Positions 15,409 to 28,284 of a DNA stretch of 64,000 nt are shown one piece after another. Made by a program: the position numbers and the translations under genes. The DNA is taken from NCBI RefSeq assembly GCF_006345805.1, contig NW_021832829.1, forward strand, positions 496,001 through 560,000. The letters run 5' to 3'. A model generated the notes under the pieces. It did no database searches and had not been told where the DNA came from. It worked only from the letters and a program-made list of their open reading frames with translations. Position 1 is the stretch's first letter, and each line of letters opens with the position of its first letter. This DNA is from Octopus sinensis (taxonomy: Eukaryota).

Positions 15409-15879
15409 ATTTAAAGCATCAAACAAATGACTCGACCGGTTCAAGAAAAGGCACGAGTTATAAAATTCTACTAAGAATTATACTTATACCATTGAACGCT
15501 TACATAGTATATAGTCTATTTGATTATAATTCAGTCCTGAGTTTCTTTATTTTCTCTATAGAAGTGCACTAAAAAGAGCCACGACCATCTTCGAAGCTCT
15601 TGACTGTGTTTGCCGAGAATTACTTATCGTGGTCTTGTAGAATTTTCTGGCTGAGGATGATACGGGTACTGTTCATACTTCAAAGACGCCGTTAAATTTA
15701 CGCTAATCTTTGAAATAGTCAGACATTGAATCATATTCTCTTCCTTTGAATTTTCATGCTGGAAAATTAAACAATTATATCTCGTTGCAATATTCATTTG
15801 ATAGACAAAACGGCCTCGGTGTCTGCTTCCTTTATCAGATTTTAATTTTGAAAAATACTTAAACACTTATAAAAGGATT

Positions 15880-17000
15880 AAAACAATTATTAACACGATA
15901 GAACACTGATTGACAGCGAGTTTAGAAAAATTTACATAGCATTAATCATTTATTTAAGTTTTTTATTCTTGCGTCGCACGACCTGTGAGGAATAGGTTAA
16001 ATCCGTTTTTTCCCATGTGTCGAAAAGAGCTTCCAGGATACCCAGGAATGGGTGGCCTACCCTGCTTCAGTGCATCGATCGACGCCTTAGCTTGAACCTA
16101 TCAATGAATTCACTGAAGAAGCTGAACAAAATCCCTCCTCCTGGCTCGCAGGGGAGGACTCGCGCTGTGGTTAAGCCGTCAGGATACCCTCCGTGTTCCG
16201 AAAAACACGAGCATTAGGATAGCGAGTCATCGCCTTGACAACCCGCAAATTGACATATCGTCGTCATCAACGTGGCTGAAATATGGGAATGACTCTCCCC
16301 GATCAGACAGGTTATTCTCACAACGGAAACAGTGTAATAACTGTAAAAGTAAGGCAATGACCATTGACCATTTAGCCACGAAGTGCGGAGTATGCTTTAC
16401 TATAATTACACATGGAGACATAACGAGATGGTGAAGTCCCTTCGTCTTTTGCTCTGCAATAAGTGAGTCTTGGGACGGTCCAGAAAGTTGCAAAACCATC
16501 GAGTTCAATCGTTGTGTGAGAACTCAAAGGTGTGCATTAAAGTGGATACCCCCATACGCACCTCGATTGTTGTCCAGCACAAACCGGATATTGTGGTCCA
16601 CAATAAGGTCACCGGGGAGATTGTTATTGTGGATGTGGACATCACGTGCCTAGACAGTTTGCAGTTTGCAGAAAGTGTAAGTGGAAATAGGAGGAAGTAT
16701 GATTTCCTTGCAAACGAGCAAGGGATAATACATCAGTTCAAAGTCCATGTCATTCCGTGTGTGATGACATGGGATGGACTGGTCACCAAATACCACAAGA
16801 GGTACTTAAGACTGCTGGGTGTAGACAAGTCTCTACAGGGTAATATGCAGTCAACTGTTCTTGAGAGGACTCTGGAGAGTGTCTCGTTTGATCCTTCCCT
16901 GACATTTACTCAGCACTTTCTCAAAGGTCTACAGTGCCAGAGAAGAAAAGGTGCGTGGAGTGCCATTCTCTGTTCACTTCTAAGGCTCTGCACTTAGGCA
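15880..17000 (+). mobile_element. R4/Dong-like RLE non-LTR element, internally deleted (5' region joined to Zn-knuckle/RLE)
   Basis: CNNC..TIDHLATKC..RHNE; KPDIVVHNKVTGEIVIVDVDIT; KYDFLANE; VMTWDGLVTKYHK. Confidence 0.8.
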
Positions 17001-17219
17001 ATTAATTAGTTTTTTTATCCATAAAGTTTAGTTTACCTGACCATGAATCCATGGTGTTTTAGGGCTTCCGCATATGTGTATGATTTTTAAGTAATTACAC
17101 ATTGTTTCCATACATTTATTCTTAAATTCTTTTACATTATCCTTCTGTAGAATTAACGGTTCTGATAATTTTTTGTATCTTTTTTTAGATTTCTCCAAAA
17201 TTATTTATTTTTTAAATAA

Positions 17220-17354
17220 CGTTGAGGGGCTATTACCCAACCCGGAGTATTATCCAACCCGTAACATAATATGATTAGAAAATGTTTTTGGGATGTGAGA
17301 GAATGTGAAAAAATATTTATGGGTACGAGCTCTCAAAAGGTTTGGGAAGCCCTG
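17220..17354 (+). mobile_element. Isolated hAT terminus
   Basis: aaaaggtttgggaagccctg followed by ctataaac (NNNTANNN); partner end not found. Confidence 0.5.
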
Positions 17355-18029
17355 CTATAAACAATAATTCCATTAGTCTTGTGCATGTATGATTTTTGAG
17401 GTTATTTTGTAGGTTATGGTTCAAGAACTTAATTTTCCCGAATTATTAATCTGAAGATCTTTTAACTTTTCTGGGTTTAAAACCGTAGATTGTTAAAAGT
17501 TTTTTTACTTTGATAGTTTTAAAGCCATTAAAAAAGCCACAAAAAAACCATAATTTAGTGCAATTCACAAAGAATTTATTCTCAAATTATTATACTATGA
17601 TGCAGTGCCACAGTCTATCATAACTATAAATATAAGAGACATTTGCGATTCATAACGAGCTTGCTATAGAAAAATGAAAGTAAGTTTCATATTTTGTCAA
17701 TTTTATCGTTAAATTAAATTTATTTCATTTTAAAGATAAATCATTTTTGTCGGATTTAAACAAAAATTTTATGCAGATAATAAGAAAAGAAACCTCCGAA
17801 AATACCTTAATTTTTCTCATCATTTTTACATATAAAAATCAGCAAAGTCTATTAAATTACAAAATTTACATTACACGAATTTTAGATTGGGTGATAAGTT
17901 TCTGGATAAACACTACCATCCAACACCGAGGATCTGAGTTTTGCAGTATTAGGATTAAGAATTTGTGATCGACCGAGTCAAAATGTTTTTTAACATCAAT
18001 CTACATAGAAAAGAACTTATTCTCATTTT

Positions 18030-18860
18030 TTTAGTTTATAAACTAATTGCAGATGACGTCGACTTCGTGTCAGACGACAAATCGGCCTTACTTCGACTCC
18101 TTGAAGTGGCACCTGCTGAGCTGAACAGATGGTTCCTTAAAATGAACGTTGGAAAAACCGACATCGTTGAAATCATGAGGATGGAGAGCAGCTCAAGTGA
18201 AGCCTGGCGCAAAACGAACAAACTCGGTTCTCTACTTGGGGACGGCCATGATATTGTCAGAAGAAAGGCTCTCGCTTGGGCCACGATGAACAAGATAAAG
18301 AAAGAGTGGATCGGCAAACGACGACTCTGTACGTCACTTCGTCTGAGGATGTATGAAGCCTTTGTCAAACCAATCCTGACATATAATTCGGCGACCTGGG
18401 GAATGTCTAGTACTGAACAACGTGGACTCGATTCTTTTCACCGCAGGCAACTTAGATCCCTACGGATTGAACTGGCCTATAAGAATCAACCAGGAATCGC
18501 TATACAATAGATGCAGAACTGGCCCTCTGAGTGTGGAAATCGTCAATATGCGGTGGAGGTTATTGGCCATATTCTACGAATGGACATGCTTGCCCCAGCT
18601 AACATAGCAATGGAGGGCTACTTCCTGAAAGAGGGATCGAGCTTCCGTGGACGTCCACGTGTTACGCTGCGGAAACACTTGACGGAGACCTGAAATGTGT
18701 GAAGAAAAGGCTAAGGAGTGGTGAGGATCTGGACGAGCTGAGGAAACTCGCTCACGACAGAGGAGGTTGGAGGAGGCTGGTTCAAAGGATTGTTTTTAAT
18801 GCTGCACGAGTAAAATTATAACTAATATGATTCTACGTATGTTGCAAATAATAATAATAA
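18030..18860 (+). mobile_element. 5'-truncated RTE-like LINE with (AAT)n tail
   Basis: IADDVDF, KLGSLLGD..DIVRRKALA, YEAFVKPILTYN, LDSFHRRQLR; same family as 38960-40730. Confidence 0.8.
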
Positions 18861-19135
18861 TAAACTAATTGACGATTGTCTTTTTCTGGCTTTTTGACAC
18901 ACTCTTCGCGTTCCAAGCTAGTATTTATTTGATATACTTGTGGTTAAGATTTTTATTAAAAATGGTTTATTAAAATATATACTTTATTAAAATATATAAT
19001 TTTTGTTGTTTTTATAAAAATAAAAATGTTATATGACCTATTTTAGTTTAAAAATAATAAAATAACCAAATTAAACGACTTTGTGATTTAATTTTGGTTT
19101 TGTTACGAAACGTACATTATTAAATAGATCTTAAA

Positions 19136-20468
19136 ATGGGGGAAATATATGACCTAAACATACCTTCAGTATCTTGTTTTGCCTTAAACAACAACAGCAC
19201 AAGTATAGATAACTTTAATTCCCTTTATCCGCTTAATATTCATTAATTAATTCCAGCTCTTGTTGCTTCCCCTTCAAACAAGGAAATCCGTGTTTACAAA
19301 CTTACTGGCAAAAAGTGGGAGTACTCCGAGACCTTAGGACAACACACTCAAACTGTCACCCGACTGAGTTGGTATCCCAACCAAGACAAGTTTCTGTCTT
19401 GTTCCTCGGTAAATACATCTCCATCAACGTTAGGACAGGAACGCCTTCGTCTGGTCGTTAGAGAATGGCAAGTGGACTCCTCAGTTGGTTGTCCTTGGAA
19501 TCAAGTTCAGTGCCTGCTGTGGGTCGGTCTCCCCTAAAGGTGTCTTTATTTGCTGCTTAGTACTTTAATAGGACAGAAATTGGAGTTGGTTGCAGTGACA
19601 AACTCGTTTCCGTGTGTTTCTACCGAAAGTCTGACAACTGGTATACAGGAAGGAGGATAAAGAAGCCCATTCTGTCGACAATTACCTGGTTGTGTGTCAT
19701 TGGTCACATTAGCATTGACTGGCACCCAGATGAGGTCATGTTGGCTTGTGGATCAACTGATTCTCGAGTCAGGTAATGTATAACGTTCTGGGATATTCCA
19801 GAGTGTTTTCAACGTACACCAAAGATCTCGATCCATCCTCTTCGGAAAGCGAATGTGGGAAGTTTGGCGACATGTACTTGGAGACGAGGAGTTGCTACAG
19901 CGGATTCGTCAATGATGTAAAATTCTCCCCTTCTGGGAAATACTTGGCATTTGCTGCCCACGATGCCACTCTCAATGTGGTCGAAATGTCCTCTAAGAAC
20001 ATGTATTGTACCATGTGAGTCCTCAGAGTAGCAGTTCTCGATTTGACTAGTCTTCCTCTCAAGTGCATCATCTGGACTAGTGAGACCAGTCTTATTGGCG
20101 GAGTTTGTCTCTTGTGGTTATTTGCTAGGGATTCGACTTTATTCCATTTCAGTACGAGTTCAAGAAAAACCATTTGAGCAAAGTGAAGGACATGGACAAG
20201 CCCAAGGCAGTCCAGGCTTCGGGGCAGTCTGCAATGAGCAAATTTAAGAACCTGGACAGGACAGCTCAAGAGGACGACGTAGTGACTGCCAACACTGTGC
20301 ATGCCAATACCATAATGTGCTTAGTTTAAGTTAGTTTTAGAGATATCAAACCATTCGCGAGGTCTGGTAATAGTGTCAGTAAAGTAGCTTCAATGTCTAT
20401 TGAAGGACGGTTTGCAGTCTGGGCTATCTAATCCATTCTTTAATTCTAAGGAGATTCCTTTGGAATAA
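19136..20468 (+). CDS. ARPC1: Arp2/3 complex p41 subunit (ARPC1A/B), WD40, multi-exon
   Basis: DRNAFVWSLENGKWTPQLV, IDWHPDEVMLACGSTDSRVRVFS, VKFSPSGKYLAFAAHD; the last exon is uncertain (stop at 20431 or 20468). Confidence 0.9.
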
Positions 20469-20679
20469 CATTTATGAGTTGAATGATGGCTAATAAATTA
20501 TTTTCCTTGTTTCGTTTTTAAATTTTTTCGTTTACTTATTCTTCATTTGAAATTGGGAAAATTGTGGAAATAAACCAATTTTATTTATTTCGAAAAATTG
20601 TTTTTTAATTTTCTTTCTTGTCTCAATAAAATTCAACTTTGGACACTGCTTCCCATTCCAATTAATTGTTTATTGCAGA

Positions 20680-21370
20680 CTGGCTACGCATGCCGTAAAA
20701 ACCTTCCGGCACTGCGCTTGCAAGAAAATGGGTGGAAATCGTATCGGTCGACCGTTTTGTCCCACATACAACGAGCCTGGCATATTTCTAAGTCGAGCCT
20801 AGACTTGTTTTCCAGCAAAAGTCCGGCAGAGGACAAAAGTAACACCTTTAGCTAGTCACCGGAATGCGGTTTACAGGCTGCATTCAGGCGTGCGAGCTGG
20901 CGTTGATCATTTTGGGTTCAAAGGTTTTTCAGAAGTTTTTAACTTCAGTTTCTCGAGACGCATTGATCTACAAAAACGCAAGTCCGGAAGAAGACCAGAC
21001 ATTGGCAGCCCTCGCTTAGCACCTAGACTGTTTAGGATAAGGGAAGGGGCCATGAATGAAAGGTAGAAAGCAAAAGCGAGGTTAAAGCAATTGCGAAAAC
21101 CAATCCTTTCGTGCTGGATTTCAATGTTCGCTCCTGAAATAAGCTTTAAATCAACAGGGGTGTTTAAAATTGTTTCAGCGTGCGAATACGAAGGTATCAA
21201 GAACCGATAGCTGTTTTTAGGACAAAAGGAGGGAAACGACTGGAGAGAAAAAATAGGTGTAAAATGGACAGAAAATTCTTTAGAAAAAACGACGACACTG
21301 GAAAGAAGGCAAATTGCGACTACCAGACTCGGACATGATGACGCAATTATCCATGTAATTTTAAAAAAAA
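20680..21370 (-). mobile_element. Degenerate CRE-like fragment
   Basis: SHAETILN...IQHERIGFRNCFNLAFAFYLS and HPFSCKRSAGRFLRH align with the CRE copies in this window. Confidence 0.7.
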
Positions 21371-21456
21371 CCAATTTTCAAAAAAGCATCAAATTGTTGA
21401 CGTGGACCACTTGACAAAACTGTTGATTAAAGGGTGGCGAAGATAAGGTTCCGACG

Positions 21457-21696
21457 ATGTTCACGCATGATACGGCATGCGTAGCTTGTACGAAATGTCT
21501 CTCTTCTATTTCCAGGGAGAACGGGTTCAGATGCCCGATATGTCAGCAATATTTCCACCTCAGCTGCCTCAAAATTTCGAAAAATGTTTCAATAAAGATT
21601 CCCAACCTGCTTTGCCTTTCATGTTTTTTGCTTCGGATTCTTTACGGAGCACTCCTTTCCATTCGTTTCTTTCACACGAGTATATATGAAAGTTAA
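21457..21696 (+). other. PHD-type zinc finger ORF (79 aa), probably a retroelement N-terminal fragment
   Basis: CVAC...CPIC...FHLSC...CLSC spacing; intronless; lies between two CRE fragments. Confidence 0.55.
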
Positions 21697-21964
21697 ACCG
21701 AAACGTCCTTTCCGAGGTCCCTGAGACAGCAAGGACTTTTCCAACTGGCTCTATTGATCAGCCTTAATCTTAATTTTGACAATTGAGGAATCATATAGAG
21801 ACTGTGAAAAGACGGCAAGATTCGAACAATGCAGACAATGAAACAAACAATTTCAGAATAGGAAATAATCACAAAAAGAAAACAATTTCTAATGCTAAGC
21901 ACCAAGTGATAAATAAAACAAGTTAGATGCTAGCTCGAGTTAATGGATGAAAGAGTAGTCAAGA

Positions 21965-22495
21965 TCCTAAGGGTCGACTCAACAACGCTGCATTGCGTAT
22001 TCAATGGCAGTTTATACGGAGCACTGAGACGAGCTAAAAGAGCCAGCTTGTCCTCCTCTGGTCGTTTGTTTTTTAGGAGATTCTTCTACCAATGCCAGTG
22101 AGGAGTTGAGTTGCGGTCTTAGCGACGATTCCTGAAATTTAGAAGGGAAGGGGGGCAAACTCAAAAGAGTCTGGAATACACAGGTATTTCGTTCTCGAAT
22201 TTTTCGGTCTGAGGACTGGCGGAGCCCGATTGCTGCAAGTATTAGTGACATTGTCGCCAAAAAAGAGTCGACAGAGATGGCGTCCTAAACCAGGGACTTG
22301 CCTTCCCTAAAAGGAAAGGTCGTCATCTCTTCGAGATGCTTAATGTCGCTCCGGAAAAGGTCGACTGGCTTTAAACTGGAAGGGAAATCCTCCGACTGGA
22401 GCCCTCCTGAAAACGTCATTAAGTTGAATGTGGCGAGGAATTATACCGGCACTCTTCTTACACGACAAGGCGTGCAAGCCGTTCGACGAAACTAT
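21965..22495 (-). mobile_element. CRE-like 3' end (RLE domain)
   Basis: High nucleotide similarity to 4745-5270 (GLHALSCKKSAG..PRH). Confidence 0.85.
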
Positions 22496-22547
22496 GAACT
22501 CGCAGATTTTAAAGCTTAAAATCAATAACATTTAAACACTAAATTTC

Positions 22548-23732
22548 TCAAGATGAAATATTAAAAGTATCTTGAAATATTATAAATAAAAAATCAAATT
22601 TAGGATTCCAGATTTTGAATTTCGTCACAAAAAAACTCTGAATCCCTGACTGAATTGAAGCATTCAAAAAAATTTTCCGGGAAGCATAAATCCCTCTAAA
22701 CAGTATCTCACCCCAACAAATACCTCCAACGATCCACCAGGAAGTACATTGAAAGATATAAATTGATTCGAAGTTGTAATTACCATCAAACAACGTCCCT
22801 TAAATATGACTATATCAGCAATCTTGTCCTCCAAATTATACTCCGCAGACACCTCCAATCGATCCATATCGAGAGAAACACTCACCAGTTTATTGTCGCT
22901 ACTCTATGATTATAAATCTACAAACTGAGAAAGTATTAGCAAAGAACACTCGTCACACCACACAAGGCACTGAATCCCCCGATCTAAAACACAGGAGTGC
23001 AGAGGAAGGCCAGAGTCGACGTCCCAGAGAAATATTTTATTGTCCTGTCAATATTTTGTAACCAATTTGACTAACTTGACCAACTGAGATTAATCGATTA
23101 AAGTGAGAGGTGACAGATATGAGGGCCTTTAAGGCACTGTCTGGAGAATTTGAGTCCGTCAAATGACCAAGACATATAGAATTAATGACAAATGAGTTCG
23201 GAGGTCTCAGTGATATCCTAATTTTACCATTGCGGTCTCCAGTAGCAATTAGGTGAGGCCCCACATCACACTATTCTCAAAAATATACAAAATATACCAA
23301 AACAGTGACGCTGGAAATATGACTGCAAACAAACAAAAGTTCTTTTCCATTTATTTGACCCTGGAAGACATTTCCTCTTTTATCGGCAATTAAAAGTGTG
23401 CCGGCATCGTCGATGAAAGAAAAGACTGAAATCCTTTTATTCAAATTACTAATTAATTAAGTAATGTCAATACAAGGATTGGACGTGTATTTTTTGTTGT
23501 AGATCATATATATTTAACTTTGTAGGATTTACTAAGTCTAATTGAGCAAAATATGTTCCACATTTTGAAAGGGAATTAAGAACATTATTATTTGGACTGA
23601 TATTTAGTTTGATAGTAGTGACGTGATCGTTACTTTGTAGTTTAAAATAAAAGTATACTCAAAATTCCAGCATAGCAATTTAATTGGAGAATAAATGATC
23701 AAATTATTTTTACTGCAAAATAATGATTTCAT
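22548..23732 (-). CDS. WDR4: tRNA m7G46 methyltransferase non-catalytic subunit, multi-exon; 3' end uncertain
   Basis: LSKCGTYFAQ, LLIADKRGNV, HLIATGDRNGKIRIS..INSICLGH match WDR4/Trm82 blocks. Confidence 0.8.
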
Positions 23733-23844
23733 TGAACAACAAAAACTGATAAAAGTCACGAGATGGATTTTTCCTTACTTATTCTTTAATTTTTATATAA
23801 AATTTAAATAAATAAATATATGCTCATTTTATTTAAAAAATTTC

Positions 23845-25420
23845 ATAAAATTGTTTGAAACAAGGTGACCCCCTTGGTCCATTACTCTTCTCCATGGGCG
23901 TTAACCCAACAGCACACGCCGTAAAATCACCGCTCAACGTTTGGTATCTGGATGACATTACTATTGGTGGTCCTGCTCACCAAGTCATCTTGGATATCGA
24001 ATCAATCGCTTTAAGTCTGAACAAAATTGGATTACAGTTGAACCCTTCAAAATGTGAGATCATAAACCTCAACGCCAACGAGGAAGATTTCGCGACTATA
24101 GTGGAAAAATATCACTCAGTCTTACCGGGTGGTATTATAACCAGGAAAGGGTCGCTTGAAGTCTTAGGATCTCCCATTTTTTCGGAAGGAATCGAGAAAA
24201 TACTGTCCGGAAAATTATCCACTTTTGAGTTTATGCCAAGCAGGCTATCCATCCTGGACGCTCACGAAGGGTTTTTCTTGTTGAAAAACTTCATATCACT
24301 CCCCAAGCTACAACACGTTCTCCGCTCTGCCCCCTGCTTTATAAACCCTGAACTTCTCAAAGAACTGGAAACAGGGCTGAAACACAGTGCCGAAAATCTC
24401 TACAACATTCGTTTTGACGAAGCCTCGTGGACCCAAGCCACGCTTCCAATACGATTCGGAGGCATTGGTCTCCGCTCTCCAGCAGATATTGCATTACCCG
24501 CTTTCCTCTCTTCTCGATTGTCGTGTGACTCACTGGTGGTTGCTGTTCTCCCCCTTTCCACTGAACGCAACGCATCCTCCTGGTATCAGATGGCAATCGA
24601 AATTTGGTCGAACAAAGGCCTCAAGACACCTGCTAACTCATTCTCACAGAGATGTTGGGACGACCTGCATTCTATGTCAATTTACCACCACTTGGAAGAG
24701 GTCTCTGATCAATCTCGTCTTGCATGCCTTAGAAGCGCTTCACAAAAACAATCCGGAGCGTGGCTCAATGCATGTCCTATCCCTTCAGTCGGAAACAAAC
24801 TGGACGACGAGACATTGCGAATTGCAATCTCCTTACGCCTTTGCATGAAGATCTGTCGCCAGCACCGCTGTAGTTGCAGGGCTTCCGTTGACGAATTCGG
24901 ACGGCACGCTCTCTCATGCAGACGCAGTGCAGGCCGGTTTCCAAGACATCACGCAATGAACCTAATTGTCAAGAACGCTTTGCATGCAGCTGGTTTCCCG
25001 GCACAGCTGGAGCCTCCTGGTCTCATCCGCACAGACGGAAAAAGACCTGATGGGATAACAATCTTCCCGTACACCAACGGGAAGTGCCTTGTTTGGGACT
25101 GCGCCTACACCGACACCTACTCAGAGACAAACCTGATCGCCTCAGCCTCCTCTCCAGGATATGCTTCACAGAACTACGAAAAAATCAAAAAATTAAAATA
25201 TTCAGAGCTCAAGGACAGGTTCATAGTTCAACCGATTATTGTGGAGTCATCTGGAGTCTTCGGTCCGGAATCAATCTCTTTCATTAGGAAACTTGGATCC
25301 CTGATCTCGGTTCAGACGAAAGATAGAAGGGAGACCGAATGGCTGTTTCAACGCCTTTCAACAACCGTTGTCAGGGGTAATAGCCACGCTATCCTTTCTG
25401 CTCTTAAGCAACCTTAATTA
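23845..25420 (+). mobile_element. CRE-like non-LTR element, 5'-truncated inside RT, uninterrupted 520-aa ORF
   Basis: QGDPLGPLLF, WYLDD, LPIRFGGIGLR, CSC..HALSCRRSAGRFPRH, RPDG..WDC; A-rich 3' flank. Confidence 0.92.
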
Positions 25421-26166
25421 ACTTATATTTTCTTTTCAAATAAATATCATTAAAATAAAAAAAAAATTGATGGATATTGTTTGATTGTTACTAGAAGATG
25501 CAGACGATCTAGACAGCTTTCGAAAAATCGGAATTTCAAGAAGAATGTGGAGGTTTAACAAAATTGTCCAACAAAGTTTCGCAAATTCGACGAGAGGACT
25601 ATGACTTTCTTATTGTTATGGATGTGCGAATAATAAGAAAATGAATAGTGTTGTTTATCAATAAATAATCTTTCTATTTCGGGATCTTTGATAAAAGGAA
25701 CGCCCTAATATCATGCACAACATGCAGTCTCTCACGATAAACTGATTTTAAATTGAACAATGATCAACATCCTTGTTTGAAGAGATATGTATTGAAAACA
25801 AAGGAAAAAAATCAAGTATATAAAATCCAAGTACAAATTTCTGTTTATGTTTTCATTGTGTTTAAATATACAACTTTTATTTATCACGTACGCAGATAGT
25901 TGCGCGACAACAGTTGGGCCCATAAAAATTGAGGACCGATAACGGAGTTTTTACTTTGTTCACACGTCCATAGGAGACAGTATTCAAATGATCTTGAGCG
26001 ATTTCGTGATGATTTTGTATGTGACCAGTTGTTCATTGTCAAGCATGCACGTGCGCTTCTTTCGGAGACGACCGTCGCGAGACGAGCTCGCTATTCCAAA
26101 GAATTTCCTTTGCCATTCTTGGGGGCAATTTAAAGGCAAAGTTTTTAACAGCGGCATTGTCTAGTT

Positions 26167-26774
26167 CAGGGTTTCCCAAACTTTTTCTTTCACGACAATC
26201 CTAAAAATGTTAACTTTATCCTTGGCACCCCTAAATAATATTTTAAATAAATATTTGTTAAAAATTTGACGATTTTGCTGACTCACAAATACATAGTTCC
26301 TTGCGTAATTCAATCAGATGATTTAGAACCTTGCCAATTGATAACTATCTAACTTCAGCGTGCAGTAATAATCCTGTATGAGAACCGCCCATTTCATCAC
26401 ATAGATTTTTAAATAATCTCGTATTTTGTGGTCGTGCCGCAAGATGAGAAAGACTTATCGTTTAGGCCGGAACACATTTTATTATTATTTTTTTGTGAAA
26501 ATCAAGACAGAAAGAGAACATTTTACCAAAAAACTAACTAATTCAAACGAAGTCCCCTCTTGTCCCTTTTTTATTTTGTAGTGTAGCCAATGAAGACATC
26601 CGGTTCCGCAGTGAGATGACTGATGGCGGCGTCACTCGTCACGCCGGGGTCCATATTAGATGCATGGAACCTTCAGTGAGATTCAATAAAATAATTTTTT
26701 GAATTTTTTGCGTCACCCCTAATAAATCACCGCAGCATCATAAGGTGCCGCGGCACCCACTTTTGGAAACGCTG
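26167..26774. mobile_element. Non-autonomous hAT (Buster-type) element / MITE, 608 bp
   Basis: TIRs cagggtttcccaaa / ttttggaaacgctg; perfect 8-bp TSD GTCTAGTT at 26159-26166 and 26775-26782. Confidence 0.9.
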
Positions 26775-26829
26775 GTCTAGTTAGTTAAGCGCCCTTTTGC
26801 GTAGCCCACAAAGGGTTTCGTTTGAACCA

Positions 26830-27470
26830 CGCATTTCCACTATGCCGCTTCGATTATGTCTTTGATATTTTCAAAAAGCCGCTTCGAGATATATAATGAA
26901 TAGAACAGGGAATCTCCTTGTGAGTGACAATATTGGTGCCAAATTTCATTGAATGCTTTATTCAAATTCTCATCAGAAAGCAATAGACTTATTAATCTTA
27001 GAAAATCCTTGTCAAGTAGTTTCTTTAGGATATTCATGAGTTTTTCTCTGTTAGTGATGTCGAATGCATTTGTAGGATTTGGAATACTTTTGAGTATTTT
27101 TGACATATTGAAATAAGGCATATATGACACCATACGACATCTGAGGTAGACCTTCTACTTCAGAACCAACTTTAACTTTTAGAGAGGTATTTTTCCACAG
27201 GCTCTCGGATATTGTTAAGCTCTATGATCAATGAAGTTTTTCTGATAGTTGAAAGTAAGATAATGGCCCTTATTCCATCCAGTGACTTTTTTTCCAGGTT
27301 TGTGAATTGAGATTAAGAGAACAGTGAAGTTCCAATGACTTGTTCAATATGTCGGTGATTATATTCCTAACAATAACCGGAACATGTTTTAGTAACTCGC
27401 TAGGTATACAATCATAGCCAGTTGACCGATTGCTTTTGACGTGTATGAATGCATCTGTAAATTTTATTAC
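26830..27470 (-). mobile_element. Degenerate RTE-like RT fragment
   Basis: RSTGYDCIPSELLK; AFDITNREKLMNIL..RLISLLLS; QGDSL. Confidence 0.65.
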
Positions 27471-27639
27471 TGTAAAATTGTTTATATAGCTCCTACGGAG
27501 GTACTTTACTGTAAATAGGTACTTTGACATCTGTTAAAAACACTTTAAGTGGTATTTTAAAGTCTGTTAATAACACTGTTAAGGTCGATTATGATAATAG
27601 CTTTAATTTTGATTAATGGTCGATAAAGATATATGGCAT

Positions 27640-28115
27640 TTAATTTTATAGTACACACACAGACAGCTCGTATTGAATGCTGATATGTAGATAAACAGTC
27701 ATCTACATCCCTTTTCACAATAATATCGTCATACCTTTCAACAGAAGTCAGGGGATTTTAGGAGTGATTCTTGATATGCATCTCTGCTTTTCTCCACATG
27801 TAGATAACATACCTCTGATATGCGAAAAGAAAATGGTTAATCTGGACCTCCTTGAATATGAAAAAGTGGTTCTCATTCGAAAAGAAAATGATTAATCAAG
27901 GAAGCTTAATCAAGGCCGTCCAGATTAATCAAACATTGATGATATAGAAACAAATCTGAACTTCAAAATGCTGCTCTATGTGGCTGTAAAACCGACTAGT
28001 CGCCCGGTGTGGTCTCGTGCAGGTTTGTGAGAAGAAGATGTTCTCGCTTGCGAAGTTCATCGGGATCACGTGATTCATTTGTTCTGTTTTTACCGTGGTC
28101 TTAATGTAAATAAAA
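27640..28115 (+). mobile_element. Degenerate LINE 3' end with terminal stem-loop and A-rich tail
   Basis: gggatcacg...cgtggtctt is shared with 43726-43764. Confidence 0.55.
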
Positions 28116-28284
28116 AATTTTTATACATTCAATTAATCAATTAAAGCTACAATTATAACTAAATTCAATAAAACAACTATGACAATGACCTAATTATTGA
28201 CTGTTTATTGGATTAGGAATAGAGGCAATAAAGATTCTGAATAATAATTTTATTAATTCTATATTAAAATGTAAGCGAATGTTA

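Noticed and set aside
16108-16230. CUGAAGA as a hammerhead core, and an HDV-like fold in the following GC-rich stretch
   Set aside because: CUGAAG is sequestered in a stem with upstream CUUCAG, and there is no correctly placed stem II/GAAA. I could not assign P1/P3/P1.1 for an HDV fold, and the downstream stretch is not conserved in the other copies.
22607-22680. Apparent early stop or frameshift near the WDR4 3' end as programmed recoding
   Set aside because: It falls on an A7 homopolymer; a sequencing error or an unrecognised micro-intron is more likely.
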